Counted from the first letter of the stretch, positions 53,901-64,000 are shown. The stretch is DNA of 64,000 nucleotides from Lytechinus pictus (GCF_037042905.1 NC_087252.1:2482001-2546000); one strand, 5' to 3'. Notes: generated from the sequence alone by a model not told the origin. Made by a program: numbers and translations.

Positions 53901-56900
53901 TCATTCTTTCCTTTGAATCTGTTATTTGGACCTTGCTTGTTCTGTCTACTGTTTATTACTTAGGTCCAGGCCCAATTCCAGGACTAGAATCATCTAACAG
54001 ACTGGATAATGTTGTCAGGAATGGGAATAGTCCAACCTCAGGCAAGGACTAAATACAGTTTTCTATATTTAGTCAGATGTAGACTAATCTTGAGCCACTA
54101 ATTTGCTTCAATAAGCCAAGGCTTGGATCCAAACCTTGTGTTTTCGAGCTCTAAGTTTCATTTCAAAATATAGGTTTTTTGTTTTTGTTTTTTTTCATGT
54201 AGGGCAAAAATAAAAAGGTCTTCAAAATCAGGATCCAAATTTTCACATCATCAGTACATCTCTAAGAAAAACAAAGTCAACCCCTCAATCTCATTTCAGT
54301 TATCGTTTTCATTCATCTAAACCTGTATGTAAAACATGGGTCTTACAGGTTAGTACATGCCTGCACATATTAATGTGCTTGTATGAGAGGAAAACATCTC
54401 ACTCGATAAAAATTATACACATCCAAAAGAAATACATGTACATGTACATGTAAATACAAACATTTATTCCATCAAGTTTGAGCACCATTTTGATTATCCA
54501 TTCATATCTAACACCCTTATTATTTTTAACCACTAAACTGCGTAGCACGTTATTATTACGTGCTGGGCGAGCGTACAAAAATCTGTGCGGGGCACGTAAT
54601 ATTATGTGCTTGACCTTTCTTATGTTTGAGGCGTCAGCTCCGCGCTGTTGATACCCCTACGATGAAAACAGCGCATGTACATGTATATCAAATTTTATAC
54701 TATGGACACCAGATGGCGCTTTTCCACAAAAGTTATCGAAACTTTTGCAGTGATTTTTTATAAATGTTTGTATTCACTTTTCTATAGTGAAAGTGTACGG
54801 CGTCTCAGTTCAAAATGGCGACTCGCTGTGGAGAAGCGAATCGGAAGGATTTTGACGAAACTTTTGACGATAGGAGTGATAATTTTAGTGAAGGATCTGT
54901 GTCAGAAGGGGAGGATGTTTTTGTATGGATATTGGAAATACATGTAGTGATGATGAAAGTGATGTGATTATTTACAATTTTTTTCACCAAGTTGCTGTCG
55001 GTTGTAGTCCCAATAGATATACATGTAACTTGTGAGTCCCATTCAATAGCACTAGGGGGGTCAGTGTAATTATAGTCTATAGCAGTCAAGTGGTTAATGC
55101 AATTCATCTTTGATTTTGTTTTCAGATATTTAATAATGGTAGCAATTTCACTCAATACATTACACATGAGAACTAAGAATTTGATTGAAATGGACATGAA
55201 TTTCCTTTGTGCATCTTATTATAAATTCATACATCATTTCAAACTAGACCCATTGTAAATGACGTGATAAATGTTTGATTGAGTGAAAAACACTGCAATT
55301 TCAAGTTTAGTGTTGAATTTTTGGTGTTGGTAATGTGCGATTTTTTGTACACTGTATATACATGTATCAGAACAACATCAAACTTAAAATATCCTTCTCA
55401 GCCAATCAAAATCAAGTATAGCCATATAGGCCGTGTTGCATTTTTCATGAAATCCTTGATTTGATTGGATGATGAGCATTGTTTCCATGGTAGTTAACAT
55501 TGGATGGCAAAGTTACCATATGATATTGATAATAGTAACTTTGATAACCCAACCCCCCACCCCCATAGGTCCTGGGTTTTAGTTTTAAGCGTGAATTAAA
55601 AATGTTTGATGTATACATGTTTTTATATGTTTTATACGTTATGCAGAGAGACAATCGAGTCCTTCAAGAATAAAGCCAGATTCAGCAGAAAGAATTATTG
55701 CCAGTAGCGATGATGAGACTGATATCGATATGCTTGATGACATTGAATCTACCAAAGAGGTTTATAGGACAAAGGTAATAGAAAATGACAGAGTGAGAAT
55801 TAGTGCAGGCCTGAATGATGTTTTTTTTTTGGGGGGGCATGGTGAGTGACTTAATACCTTACCTGACCGCTGTTCCTTCTCTTTGAAGAGGTTGGATGTC
55901 ATGGTTTTCCATCTTTCTCTATCCAGTGCTATCTTGCAGCATTCGTTTATCTTTCTGCCTGTCATCTCTTCAATATTTCCAAGCCAGCTTTTTCTTTTAC
56001 GTCCCCTTAATAAGAATTAAAATATGGTCTTTTGGTTTTAAGGAAAAAAAGTCCACTGTAACAGCGAAATGTTCCATACTTTCTGAAAGTATACTGGAAA
56101 TTAACATTGATTCAAAAAGACACATCACCCATTGCAATTGTTGTGCATAATCTTATTGATTTTGATTTGCTCATTTCTCAGGCAATTACAAATTTTTCCC
56201 AGAATCATTCTGCAGATAATTTTTTTTTGTCAAATTAGAACTGAAAAGAAAATTTATTCATTTCACATCTCATGAAACCAGAATACTATACACAAAATAC
56301 ACAAACAAATATGTGCAAACTGATTTTTATGTATTTTGTTTGAAATAATTTTGGCATCATCACTAGAGCTGTAATAACATTTCATTATAAGTCTTTGCTT
56401 TTCTCTGATACTCAAATCTTTATAACATTTTTTGTTAAACAGACGGAGCTTTATGTCAGCGATCTATCTCGGAAGAAAGTCAACACACTGGAGAAGAAAT
56501 ACAACATGTACGCCTGGAACCTTATAACCGTCTCTGTATTCTATGCTCTCCCAGTTGTTCAACTTGTCATAACATATCAAGTGGTGAGTGGACTACAAGT
56601 ATTTTAAGTTTTGATAGATCCTCCAAAGTTCCATGTCACCATTCCAATTTACTAAATTAAATGAGAAGAAATACAACATGTATGCATGGGACCTTATAAC
56701 AGTCTCTGCATGATATGTTATAACCAGTTTTTCAACTGGTTATAACATATCAAGTGGTAAGATCTTATACCTACATGTATTTCAAGCTTTGATAGTTCCC
56801 CCAAAAGTCCATGTTACCAGTCCAATTTAATACTAGATTATATGAGAAGAACTGAAACATGTGATCCAAGAACTTTATAACCATCTCTTTATGCTATCCA

Positions 56901-59900
56901 TTACATTTTTTAAAAATCCTTGTAAAAAAGTACCATACAGTACCATGGTATACTATACTATAGTAATACTATGGTAATACCATAGTATGCCATGGTACTG
57001 TGATTACAGTGAACCTTTCAAGTAGTATTATAAATTATAAACCTCTCTTTAAGAATGTCGAATAATCCGTTCCTCTGATTGGTCAAAACTGAGGTCATGT
57101 AAACGACCATGCCTTCAAAACAACAAATTAAGGTGGTAACCAAGGGCAACGGGCATAGTTAACAAGATTTCTGCCCGTTGCCCCCTGACCCACCCCTTAA
57201 CGACGGGCATGGCAAAATTTGGCCGAGATCCCCATTTGATTGCATGCAAAATGTTGCTTTCTGCGGTGATTGCGGATACCATAAATATCCGCGCGATTTG
57301 ATCGGAAGTTTTAGACAATTCGCGCATTTACGCGCTTATAGCGCTAGTGCGCGCAACGGATATGTCACATCGATGGAAAGATGCCGATCTTTGTCTTTTG
57401 CTTGTTGATTCCTGTTAAAATATATGGCATTATTTAAAAGAAGACTAACTTATTAAGGACATAACGGATGTATCAATCATCAAGTCTTGTTGCAGTTTTT
57501 CATTGAAATGCATGCTCGCAAAAGGTGAGTCGAATGAAAAGATAATACCGTTCGGTCACTGCACTTTCTAATTAATCTAACGTTAGACTACTCGTTAGGT
57601 ATGACAAACGACAACGTTAGGTCGTGAAATCTACCGTTAGCTTTTATAGGAGTTAAGAGTAGATTCAAGATCTAAGTTAGATCTAATTAACGTTAGGCCT
57701 AATGAGTAATGTTCCGTTTAATCTTACTTTGGATTTGACGTAGCCGAGATCTAACGTTCATGACGTCGGTTAGATCTAACTTAGACTGTAACGTTAATGG
57801 AGATTTAACGTTAAGTCAGTAAACTTAACTTGGGGTAGCCTAGTTCAGACCCTAATTTGGTTCCTAAATAGGCCTAGTGGCAGTACTCAGTAGATCTAAT
57901 TGGTATGGAATGCTTTAGTATTCGACTTCGAGACCTAACGTCAGGGGCTGGGCTAAGTTAGGGCCTAACGTTAGGCCTAATGTAATGTTAGCCTGTGGCT
58001 TAGGGCTTTTAGGCCTAAAACTTGTTTAAGATCTAGATCTAGCGTTAATTCGGTTCATAAAATATATATGGACTGCTTTTATATTCGAGACATGGTTGTT
58101 TCTTTCGGCTCGCGGGTACCGCATCGGCCAGACCATGCCCTCGGGCAAAGCCCTCGGGCATAGTCGCGCTGCGGCCCCCTTGAGCCTCTAGAAACAACCA
58201 TGCCTCTCAAAGCAGTCCATATATCTATACTATTTGCCTGCTGAGCCATGAACCCCTGTGTGCTGAATTGTTTTCAGGGAGGGAAACAATGGATTGTTTG
58301 TTTGAGCGTGAAATGAGAAGTTCACCGCAACACCGAGTGTGCATTGGTGCGAAGTACCTTTGGAAATGGTTAAAGGCCTTTCTCTTTATTTAGATTACCC
58401 CCCCCCCCCCAAGTGAGTGTGACCATTGCATTTCATTACAAGATTATATAAGAATGGAAATGTGTTTATAAAGTGGATACATTTTGTCAGGTGCTTGATC
58501 AAGAAATAAATATGTGTACCTGCTTATTTGTTGTTTTGTTATATCAGTCATTTCTCAAGCATGGAATGGTTTGAGTACTTCAGGAGATAATCTTTGTATG
58601 TACCTTTCTGATGTCCAATAAATACATTTGTAAGATATGAATAAATGAATATAAAGATAATAAATAAATTAAATTAATAGATTCAAAAGGTTCTGGTTTT
58701 ATGTTTAAGAATAAGAACACTTATTTTGCTTCCATGACTTGATTTCTGAATACGTTTTCAATCCATTTGTATTTACCATTTTTACATTAACAGGTTACGA
58801 ATGTGACCGGAAACCAAGATTCCTGCTATTATAATTTTTTGTGTGCAAAGCCTTATGGATGGTTCAGGTAATGTTTTATTATGATGACAATAATTTTATT
58901 TCTCATTTCCGGTTCTTCTACAATTATTTTTTTTAAGTTAGGGTTTCTTTAAATATGATTTTTGAAACGTAAATTTGTCACTGGTCTATACCCCCTTGGT
59001 ATATATTTAGCTTGGTCTCATCCCACATTGCCCAATCCTATTTCATGTGTACCTCATTAAAGTAAATATTACACTCATCTTTGATTCATGCAATATTGGG
59101 ATTACCTTGTGGAATATCTTTGGTATCCCATTTTGAGCCATCCGATGCACAATAATTATTAACCCTTTACCAATTGAAATCTCTCGACCTGCTTTGATCC
59201 TTTGCCCGGCAGAACGATCATATTTAGCAGAAAAAATAATTTTAAGAAACTGTATTTTTAATCAATAAATTTGCTCTTTTTCCTGTTGGTTACAGTGCCT
59301 TCAACAATGTGTTTAGTAATACTGGCTATGTGATGCTAGGAATATTATTCCTCCTTCTTGTCTGGAGGAAAGAATATGCTCATAAGAAAAGAGTCCATGC
59401 TGGATACAAGAATGAATTGGTAATTATTCCCTTTCATCAAAAGTTTTTTCATTTTATTTCCCGAGGCTCATAGATGTCATATATATTTTTGTTTCATTCC
59501 TATCATTTGTGTTAATGACGATTGATTAGACTTTTATATTCATGACCATTTCTGTAAACAGATGGCTTGAATTTTTCCTGTTACTCTCACTTTAAAGTTC
59601 TATTATATGAAAACCTATTTCAAGATTTACCCAATTTAATCAAAACTGAATGAGTGTTTATGTATGAGAAATGCCAATTGCCCCTTCAACATGTATAATT
59701 GTTAATTACGATTCCATTTTCAGACTCATGGTATTCCTAAACACTATGGTCTGCTTTATGCCTTGGGCTATGCTCTTATCATGGAAGGTATTATGAGCGG
59801 CTCCTATCACGTCTGTCCAAACAGGGCAAACTACCAGTTTGGTAAGTACAGTGTGTTCTAATAAAAGTATCGCCTTAATAGGCTCCTAAATTTAGAATTT

Positions 59901-61098
59901 AAACCCCATATTTGATTTGATTTGATTTGATTTATTCATATACATCATTTTCAACATTACATAATATTCATATTAGTATAATCATTCATATTATATATAC
60001 ATGTACATGATTGGAGCATCATAAGCTCTATGAGCTTGAGAACGATGTTCCAATAAAAAAATGCATACACATGATACATAAATTATACATTTGCTAAGAG
60101 AATACATTCAATGATGCGAACATCAAGTAAGAGGTAAAAGAAGAGCAAGAGAGATAGAGTAAGGGGTGAAAAACAGAGTGGGAAAGAGAGAACTGAATAG
60201 AAGAGAGAAACATGAAGAGAGTACTAACAATATATAAAATACAAGACATCATACATGTATATCATCCTGTGTTTGTATCCAACATATATTCCCATTTCAA
60301 GTCGTTCATTCTGCATATTTCAATAATATTTTAATTGTTTTTATTATATGTATATAACCAGAAAATGACTTGACTATTTTGATATCTGAAAGATTAAGAA
60401 GGGGCTGATTCAGGCCCCCTTAGGTCTTAGCCAGTGACTGCGTGATCGGAACGAAAAATCGACACAAACCTTACCCTCAGTATCATCTCTGAAACTGAAT
60501 TCTGAATCCGAATCACCCCCCCCCCCTCCAGTCTTATGATGGTTATACTGCACTTTCCCATTTTACATTACATAGCTAACTGCTTACAATGAATGTTTTC
60601 ATAATCACACAAAATGATTAAAAGATAATCATTGCGAATAATTTTGTCCTATATAAATTAGAAGCGTGATCATTGTCTGTTTGATAAATAATGTACACTG
60701 TGTCGTGGTCTAGTGGTTGCAAGTGTCATCTTTCAATCTGAGGGACTCGGGTTCAAATCCCAGCTATGGTTTGTTTTCATTCAGCAAGAAATATACCCAC
60801 ATTGTGCTGCACTCAACCCAGGTGAGGTGAATGGGTACCCGGCAGGATTAATTCCTCGAATGCACCAAGCGCCTTTAACAGCTGGAGCTAAATCTGGGTA
60901 ATATATAGTGCGCCATTGAATAGGCAACTAGATATTGCAATATTATTATTTGTTTCCATAGATACCGCCTACATGTACATGATAGCTTGTCTGGGGATGT
61001 TGAAAATGTACCAGCAGAGGCATCCAGATATCAACGCAAACTCCTACAAATCATTTGCTTTGTTTGCCGTTATACTCTTTATTGGATTTCTAGGGCTG
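23778..61098 (+). CDS. SIDT1: SID1 transmembrane family member (SIDT1/2-like): span of 18 coding exons, 3' end beyond window
   Basis: Spliced product carries family motifs [16 protein letters not shown]...[80 protein letters not shown] and RHPDINA. Intron phases are consistent throughout. Confidence 0.97.
23981..24029. mobile_element. 49-bp hairpin micro-element with 9-bp TSD
   Basis: GCAACCCGA|TAACCCAGGGAGCTTCCGCCCGC-TTC-GCGGGCGGGAGCTCCCTGGGTTA|GCAACCCGA. Confidence 0.85.
24474..25037. repeat. Long high-identity inverted repeat (about 250-bp arms, 68-bp spacer)
   Basis: Arm 24474-24728 is the reverse complement of 24797-25037 with a few indels. Confidence 0.92.
25600..25770 (-). mobile_element. 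Decayed LINE 3' fragment
   Basis: Translates to [14 protein letters not shown], typical of the non-LTR RT C-terminal SFFPxTxxxWN motif. Confidence 0.65.
28700..30200 (+). repeat. Degenerate tandem duplication interrupted by a MITE
   Basis: Recurring aatacattgtgtt...cacatgctcata.tccttctttcact and cacagggtaaagtc..tacagatttgatcaga blocks. Confidence 0.7.
29013..29594. mobile_element. Kolobok/T2-type MITE
   Basis: AGGACAAGTCCACCCC...GGGGTGAACTTGACCT|TTAA. Confidence 0.85.
32663..37118. mobile_element. 4.46-kb non-autonomous TIR element with AAAT TSD (Sola1-like)
   Basis: AAAT|GTGACTCGTCCTGTCAAAAGCAGACAGAATTCG...CGACTTCTGTCTGATTTAGACAAACCATGTCAC|AAAT. Internal direct and inverted duplications, no transposase seen. 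Confidence 0.65.
37146..37705. mobile_element. Kolobok/T2-type MITE
   Basis: AGGGATGGTCCGGGCTGAAAAT...ATTTTCAACCTGGACCATCCCT. Homologous to 40355-40825. Confidence 0.85.
37940..38061 (+). CDS. SIDT1: SIDT exon 2
   Basis: [49 protein letters not shown], phase 0 to 2. Confidence 0.9.
38864..39019 (+). CDS. SIDT1: SIDT exon 3
   Basis: [58 protein letters not shown], phase 2 to 2. Confidence 0.9.
39926..39971 (+). CDS. SIDT1: SIDT exon 4
   Basis: [21 protein letters not shown], phase 2 to 0. Confidence 0.85.
40355..40825. mobile_element. Kolobok/T2-type MITE
   Basis: TTAA|AGGGATGGTCCAGGCTGAAAAT...ATTTTCAGCCCGGACCATCCCT|TTAA. Confidence 0.9.
41573..41671 (+). CDS. SIDT1: SIDT exon 5
   Basis: [39 protein letters not shown], phase 0 to 0. 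Confidence 0.95.
41911..42681. mobile_element. hAT-type MITE, 8-bp TSD
   Basis: ATCCCAAT|TAGTGCTGTTA...TAACAGCACTA|ATCCCAAT. Confidence 0.88.
42961..43047 (+). CDS. SIDT1: SIDT exon 6
   Basis: [35 protein letters not shown], phase 0 to 0. Confidence 0.95.
43481..43580 (+). CDS. SIDT1: SIDT exon 7
   Basis: [33 protein letters not shown]+G|GTGAGA, phase 0 to 1. Confidence 0.93.
43606..43882 (+). mobile_element. tRNA-derived SINE, full length
   Basis: A box TGGTCTAGTGG, B box GTTTGAATCC, shared core ttcagcaagaaatttatccacactgtgctgcactc, L2-like tail gcgctatacaaat...(tat)n. Confidence 0.9.
44220..44285 (+). CDS. SIDT1: SIDT exon 8
   Basis: [22 protein letters not shown]+A|GTGAGT, phase 1 to 1. 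Confidence 0.85.
45057..45150 (+). CDS. SIDT1: SIDT exon 9 (first transmembrane helix)
   Basis: [38 protein letters not shown], phase 1 to 2. Confidence 0.9.
45791..45834 (+). CDS. SIDT1: SIDT exon 10 (cytosolic loop)
   Basis: ttttcAG|(R)[14 protein letters not shown]+G|GTAAAG, phase 2 to 1. Confidence 0.8.
47144..47803. mobile_element. PIF/Harbinger-like MITE, 3-bp TSD
   Basis: ATT|GGGTGATTTCAAGT...ACTTGAAATCACCC|ATT. Confidence 0.8.
48668..48890. mobile_element. Small Harbinger-like MITE
   Basis: ggggttgttgcaagaaa...tttcttgcaaacacccc. Confidence 0.65.
50280..50357 (+). CDS. SIDT1: SIDT exon 11 (cytosolic loop)
   Basis: [26 protein letters not shown]+G|GTCGGT, phase 1 to 1. NYGT resembles the SIDT loop motif. 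Confidence 0.75.
51860..52000. mobile_element. Palindromic MITE
   Basis: gtttcataaagctgttcgtaagttaagagcgact / agtcgctcttaacttacgaacagctttatgaaac, perfect arms. Confidence 0.85.
52810..53601. mobile_element. Harbinger-like MITE, TSD CAG
   Basis: CAG|GGGTGGTATTCTGAAAATTGTCTTAA...TTAAGACAATTTTCAGAATACGGCCC|CAG. Confidence 0.85.
53964..54041 (+). CDS. SIDT1: SIDT putative exon 12 (cytosolic loop, GC donor)
   Basis: ttactt[28 protein letters not shown]+G|GCAAGG. 78 nt, phase 1 to 1, requires a non-canonical GC donor. Confidence 0.55.
54530..55093 (+). mobile_element. piggyBac-like deletion derivative
   Basis: TTAA|CCACTAAACTGC...GCAGTCAAGTGG|TTAA. Internal acidic ORF stub [34 protein letters not shown]. 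Confidence 0.7.
55647..55774 (+). CDS. SIDT1: SIDT exon 13
   Basis: [49 protein letters not shown], phase 1 to 0. Confidence 0.92.
56443..56583 (+). CDS. SIDT1: SIDT exon 14
   Basis: [53 protein letters not shown], phase 0 to 0. Confidence 0.97.
56491..56900 (+). repeat. Tandem triplication of SIDT exon 14 3' half plus donor
   Basis: Units start GAGAAGAA at 56491, 56663 and 56844. Confidence 0.9.
57040..58228. mobile_element. CpG-rich insertion with subterminal inverted repeat (family uncertain, possibly Crypton-like)
   Basis: Inverted repeat atatatggactgcttt..catggttgtttct / agaaacaaccatg..aaagcagtccatatat (about 58063-58224) and many CTAACGTTAG palindromes. Boundaries are approximate. 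Confidence 0.5.
58794..58867 (+). CDS. SIDT1: SIDT exon 15
   Basis: [31 protein letters not shown], phase 0 to 2. Confidence 0.97.
59296..59419 (+). CDS. SIDT1: SIDT exon 16
   Basis: [47 protein letters not shown], phase 2 to 0. Confidence 0.97.
59724..59841 (+). CDS. SIDT1: SIDT exon 17 (CREST SxxxH motif)
   Basis: [39 protein letters not shown]+G|GTAAGT, phase 0 to 1. Confidence 0.97.
60700..60950 (+). mobile_element. tRNA-derived SINE (same family)
   Basis: tcgtggtctagtgg A box, ggttcaaatccc B box, core and (tat)n tail. Confidence 0.85.
60962..61098 (+). CDS. SIDT1: SIDT exon 18
   Basis: [52 protein letters not shown], phase 1 to 0. Confidence 0.97.
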
Positions 61099-61117
61099 GT
61101 AAGTTGTTCTGAGGAGT

Positions 61118-61560
61118 GGTAATAATCGTGATGATGATGGTTGTGATGATGGTTATGGTGATGATGATGATGATTGTGATGATGGCTGTGATGAAGATGA
61201 TGATATTGATGACGATGACAATGACGATGATGATGATGGTGATGATTATGAGGATGATGATGATTGTGATGATGGTGATGATGATGATGATGAAGATGAT
61301 GACAATGACGATGATGACGATGGTGATGGTTATACTGATGATGATGGTAATGATGGTTGTGATGAAGATGATGATGATAATGGTGATGATATGATGATAT
61401 TGATGACGATAATGATGACGATTACGATGGTGATGTCAATAATTATGCAGGCTATCACGTCGATGATGATGAGTTTCGTGATTATGAGATCGATGAATAT
61501 AATGATGATAATGAAGGTGATGCGCTGTTGTTGATGGTAATGATTATGAGGATGACATGA
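61118..61560. repeat. Degenerate (GAT)n microsatellite
   Basis: Direct reading; intronic after SIDT exon 18. Confidence 0.9.
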
Positions 61561-61619
61561 AGGAGGATATAGTCTGGTCTGTTAGCGAAATTATGTGGAC
61601 ACGGTGGACAAAAGCGTGA

Positions 61620-62706
61620 TTTTTTCTCCAGACCTTTGTTTATGTATAAGAATTGATAATGGGGTATGCTCCAAAAAATCTGGCTGCAGGAACAGAGAAA
61701 AAATGGGTGAAAATGTCAGAATTTATGAGTTTAGATTGGTCTGATATATAGACTAGCGGTAGTGCAAAACTCAATAGCAGTGCATTATTTTGCATTGGAT
61801 TAGTTCTTGAATTCAGACCTTTTTTGAACAGATCTTCTGTTTGTCCTCGCATCTCAATGCACCAAATATCTGAATGCAGATGCTAACCAAGCCCAAGGGT
61901 GGCGGTGGAGGGGGTTGAATGTTGGTGTGTATGTACATATTTTGGTCTTGGGGTAAAGATGTGCAAGACACATTTTTTGCATGTGTTGGAAATGGTGTTG
62001 CCATGGTAACAGTGTATTATGGCAAAAATAAGGTAAAAATCTTGCAGTTAGAACTACTTCCTCTGTTTTTAACCGATTCTCATGAAATTTGGCACACACA
62101 TTGGTCTTGAGGTGAAGATGTCTAAGACACATTTTTGTGTGTCTTTCAGAAATCTTGTTGCCATGGTAACAACACATTATACGGTGAAAATTGGGAAAAA
62201 ATTTACAATTCAAACTGCTTCATCAGTTTTCAATCAATTCTCATGAAATTTGGCATACACATTGGTATTGAAGTAAAGATGTACAAGGCACTTTTTGTGT
62301 GTGTTTCAGAAATTGTGTTGCCATGGTAACAACATATCATATGGCAAAATTTAGGTTAAAAACTTGCAATTTGAACTACTTCATCAGTTTTGAACCAATT
62401 CTCGTGAAATTTGGCTCACACATTGGCCTTGGGGTAAAGATGTGCAAGAACCTGTTTTTTTTTTTTTTTGCATTTGTCAGAGAGTGCATTGCCAGGGTAG
62501 GCATATATGATTGCCAGAAATGCAGGAAAACTCATTGTGGATCAAACTACTTCCCCTGTTTTTAGTCGGTGCTCATAAAACTAAAAGTTGGAAGAAATAT
62601 TCATCTTGGGGTAAAGATTCATATTAAATTCTAAATGTCTTCTCTGCATTAAAATGTTCACGCCAGAGTGTGGGGGTACTAATCACCTTCATTAATATTT
62701 CTAGGT
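61620..62706 (+). mobile_element. Helitron/Helentron-like element with internal 160-bp tandem repeats
   Basis: CCATGGTAAC recurs at 62001, 62161 and 62321. The element ends ...ttCTAG near a T-rich flank. Confidence 0.55.
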
Positions 62707-64000
62707 TTTAGGGGGAGGGGCGGGATTGGTCCTTAAAATCTGACATCGAAATAAAGAAGGTTAAAGGCGGTGGCCATTAGAAACATACACATGATAAACA
62801 CTCTTAAAATATGCATCCCCTCAAGGGCATAGGCTGGAGGTACACTGGGTGAATGTGAAACCTTCCGCTGAGGCAGAGGAGTTCCAACACTGGCAAGCAA
62901 AACAAAATGTGTACCCCTTCTACTTTCAACAGCTGATTTTCCAAACCTTAGTTCCACCTCCCCAAGATGTGCACCCTTCCCCATACCACTTTTAGTTCTA
63001 CCTCCCCAAGCTCAAACCAGTCTACCTACACCTTTGCCCCTCAGGTGTCTTTGCATTTTTAAAGCTAGACATTGCTCTTTTTTTTTTTTTTTTTTGGGGG
63101 GGGGGCTCTTTAGAAAATGACCTCATAAAAGTTAAAAGTTAAAGTTAAAGGATTATGACTAGGAACTTTTCACCCCCCCCCCGAAAAAATAGGGGGCTAT
63201 TTTTTGAGCAGAAAATGCCCCCCCCCCCCCTTAAAAGGTAAGAAGAGTCCTTTGCACTTCAGACCATTCATTTGAAGTTTAATGCATTCTCATTTGATAA
63301 AAAAATGTTTACGGTACCCAATTAACCATTGTTTATTTATATTCTCCTACTCAGTTTTTTATTCATATTCATATTCCATTTCTACTCTTTCTTTTTAACT
63401 TTCACATCACTCTTGATTTTGAGCTTCACCATACCATCTCCTTCTGTTTCCTCTCTCTCTCCAAGTATATTTTTTCTGACATATTTTAAAGTGTACCTTT
63501 AATCGTGCAACTAATTATAGAAATATAAATATATACAAAAATCTCTGCACTTGTTTTAGAAATTCACTTGCAAATCCATGACTCAATAACATACCATATC
63601 AAAAATATACTTATGTGCACAATATATTTTATCCTTATATGTTCTTTCATTTAAATTTTTCAGTATGTTTCTGTGATAGCCCCTGCTTTATACATCCTAC
63701 ATCTCCCATTGTCAAAAAATGAATATTATGTTTCAGTAGCAAAATTGTTGGATGCAAACTCTGACTGTCATAAAAACAAATGCAAATAATTTTCCATTGG
63801 AGTAAAGACAAACTTATAAGGGATATGACTAGAATATAATTATTATCATATAATATATATTATATAATTATAATTATATAATTATGTAGAGAAACTTTTA
63901 TTTCTCCACATATAATTATATTCTAGTCATATCCCTTTCAGATGGTGGTAACTGCAGGAATAGGAAAACTCAGTGATATAATATAAAACTAACATTTTCA

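Noticed and set aside
61116..61394. Met-rich ORF
   Set aside because: (GAT)n microsatellite just after a canonical donor.
61900..62500. CRISPR-like regularly spaced repeats
   Set aside because: The whole 160-bp units are homologous with no unique spacers, the context is eukaryotic, and there are no cas genes.
63664..63960. Next SIDT exon after acceptor-like sites at about 63663 and 63942
   Set aside because: Translations show no resemblance to the expected SIDT TM segment. The next exon is probably beyond the window.

Overview
AT-rich, intron- and repeat-rich animal genomic DNA. The repeat repertoire suggests an invertebrate deuterostome such as a sea urchin; this is inference, not demonstrated. 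The right two-thirds hold a SID-1 transmembrane family (SIDT1/2-like, CREST superfamily) gene on the + strand. I could splice 18 coding exons with consistent phases (23778-61098, 624 codons), and the gene continues past the window end. The left third holds the most novel feature, which the ORF track largely misses. It is a cluster of three genes encoding secreted proproteins with one shared design: signal-peptide exon, phase-1 intron, short propiece, convertase site (REKR / RDRR / RRYQKR), Ser-rich acidic block, then a Thr/Pro tail. They lie at 820-980 (+, partial), 13015-7235 (-) and 17708-21310 (+). A near-intact single-ORF L2-type LINE with a 2A-like motif and one frameshift sits in the intron of the second gene. 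Also present are tRNA-derived SINEs, two Penelope-like hammerhead remnants with 13-bp TSDs, many MITEs (Kolobok-, CACT-, hAT-, Harbinger-, piggyBac-, Sola-like), microsatellites, and a strong TACATGTA enrichment confined to the SIDT gene body. All alignments and counts were done by eye; no database search was run.
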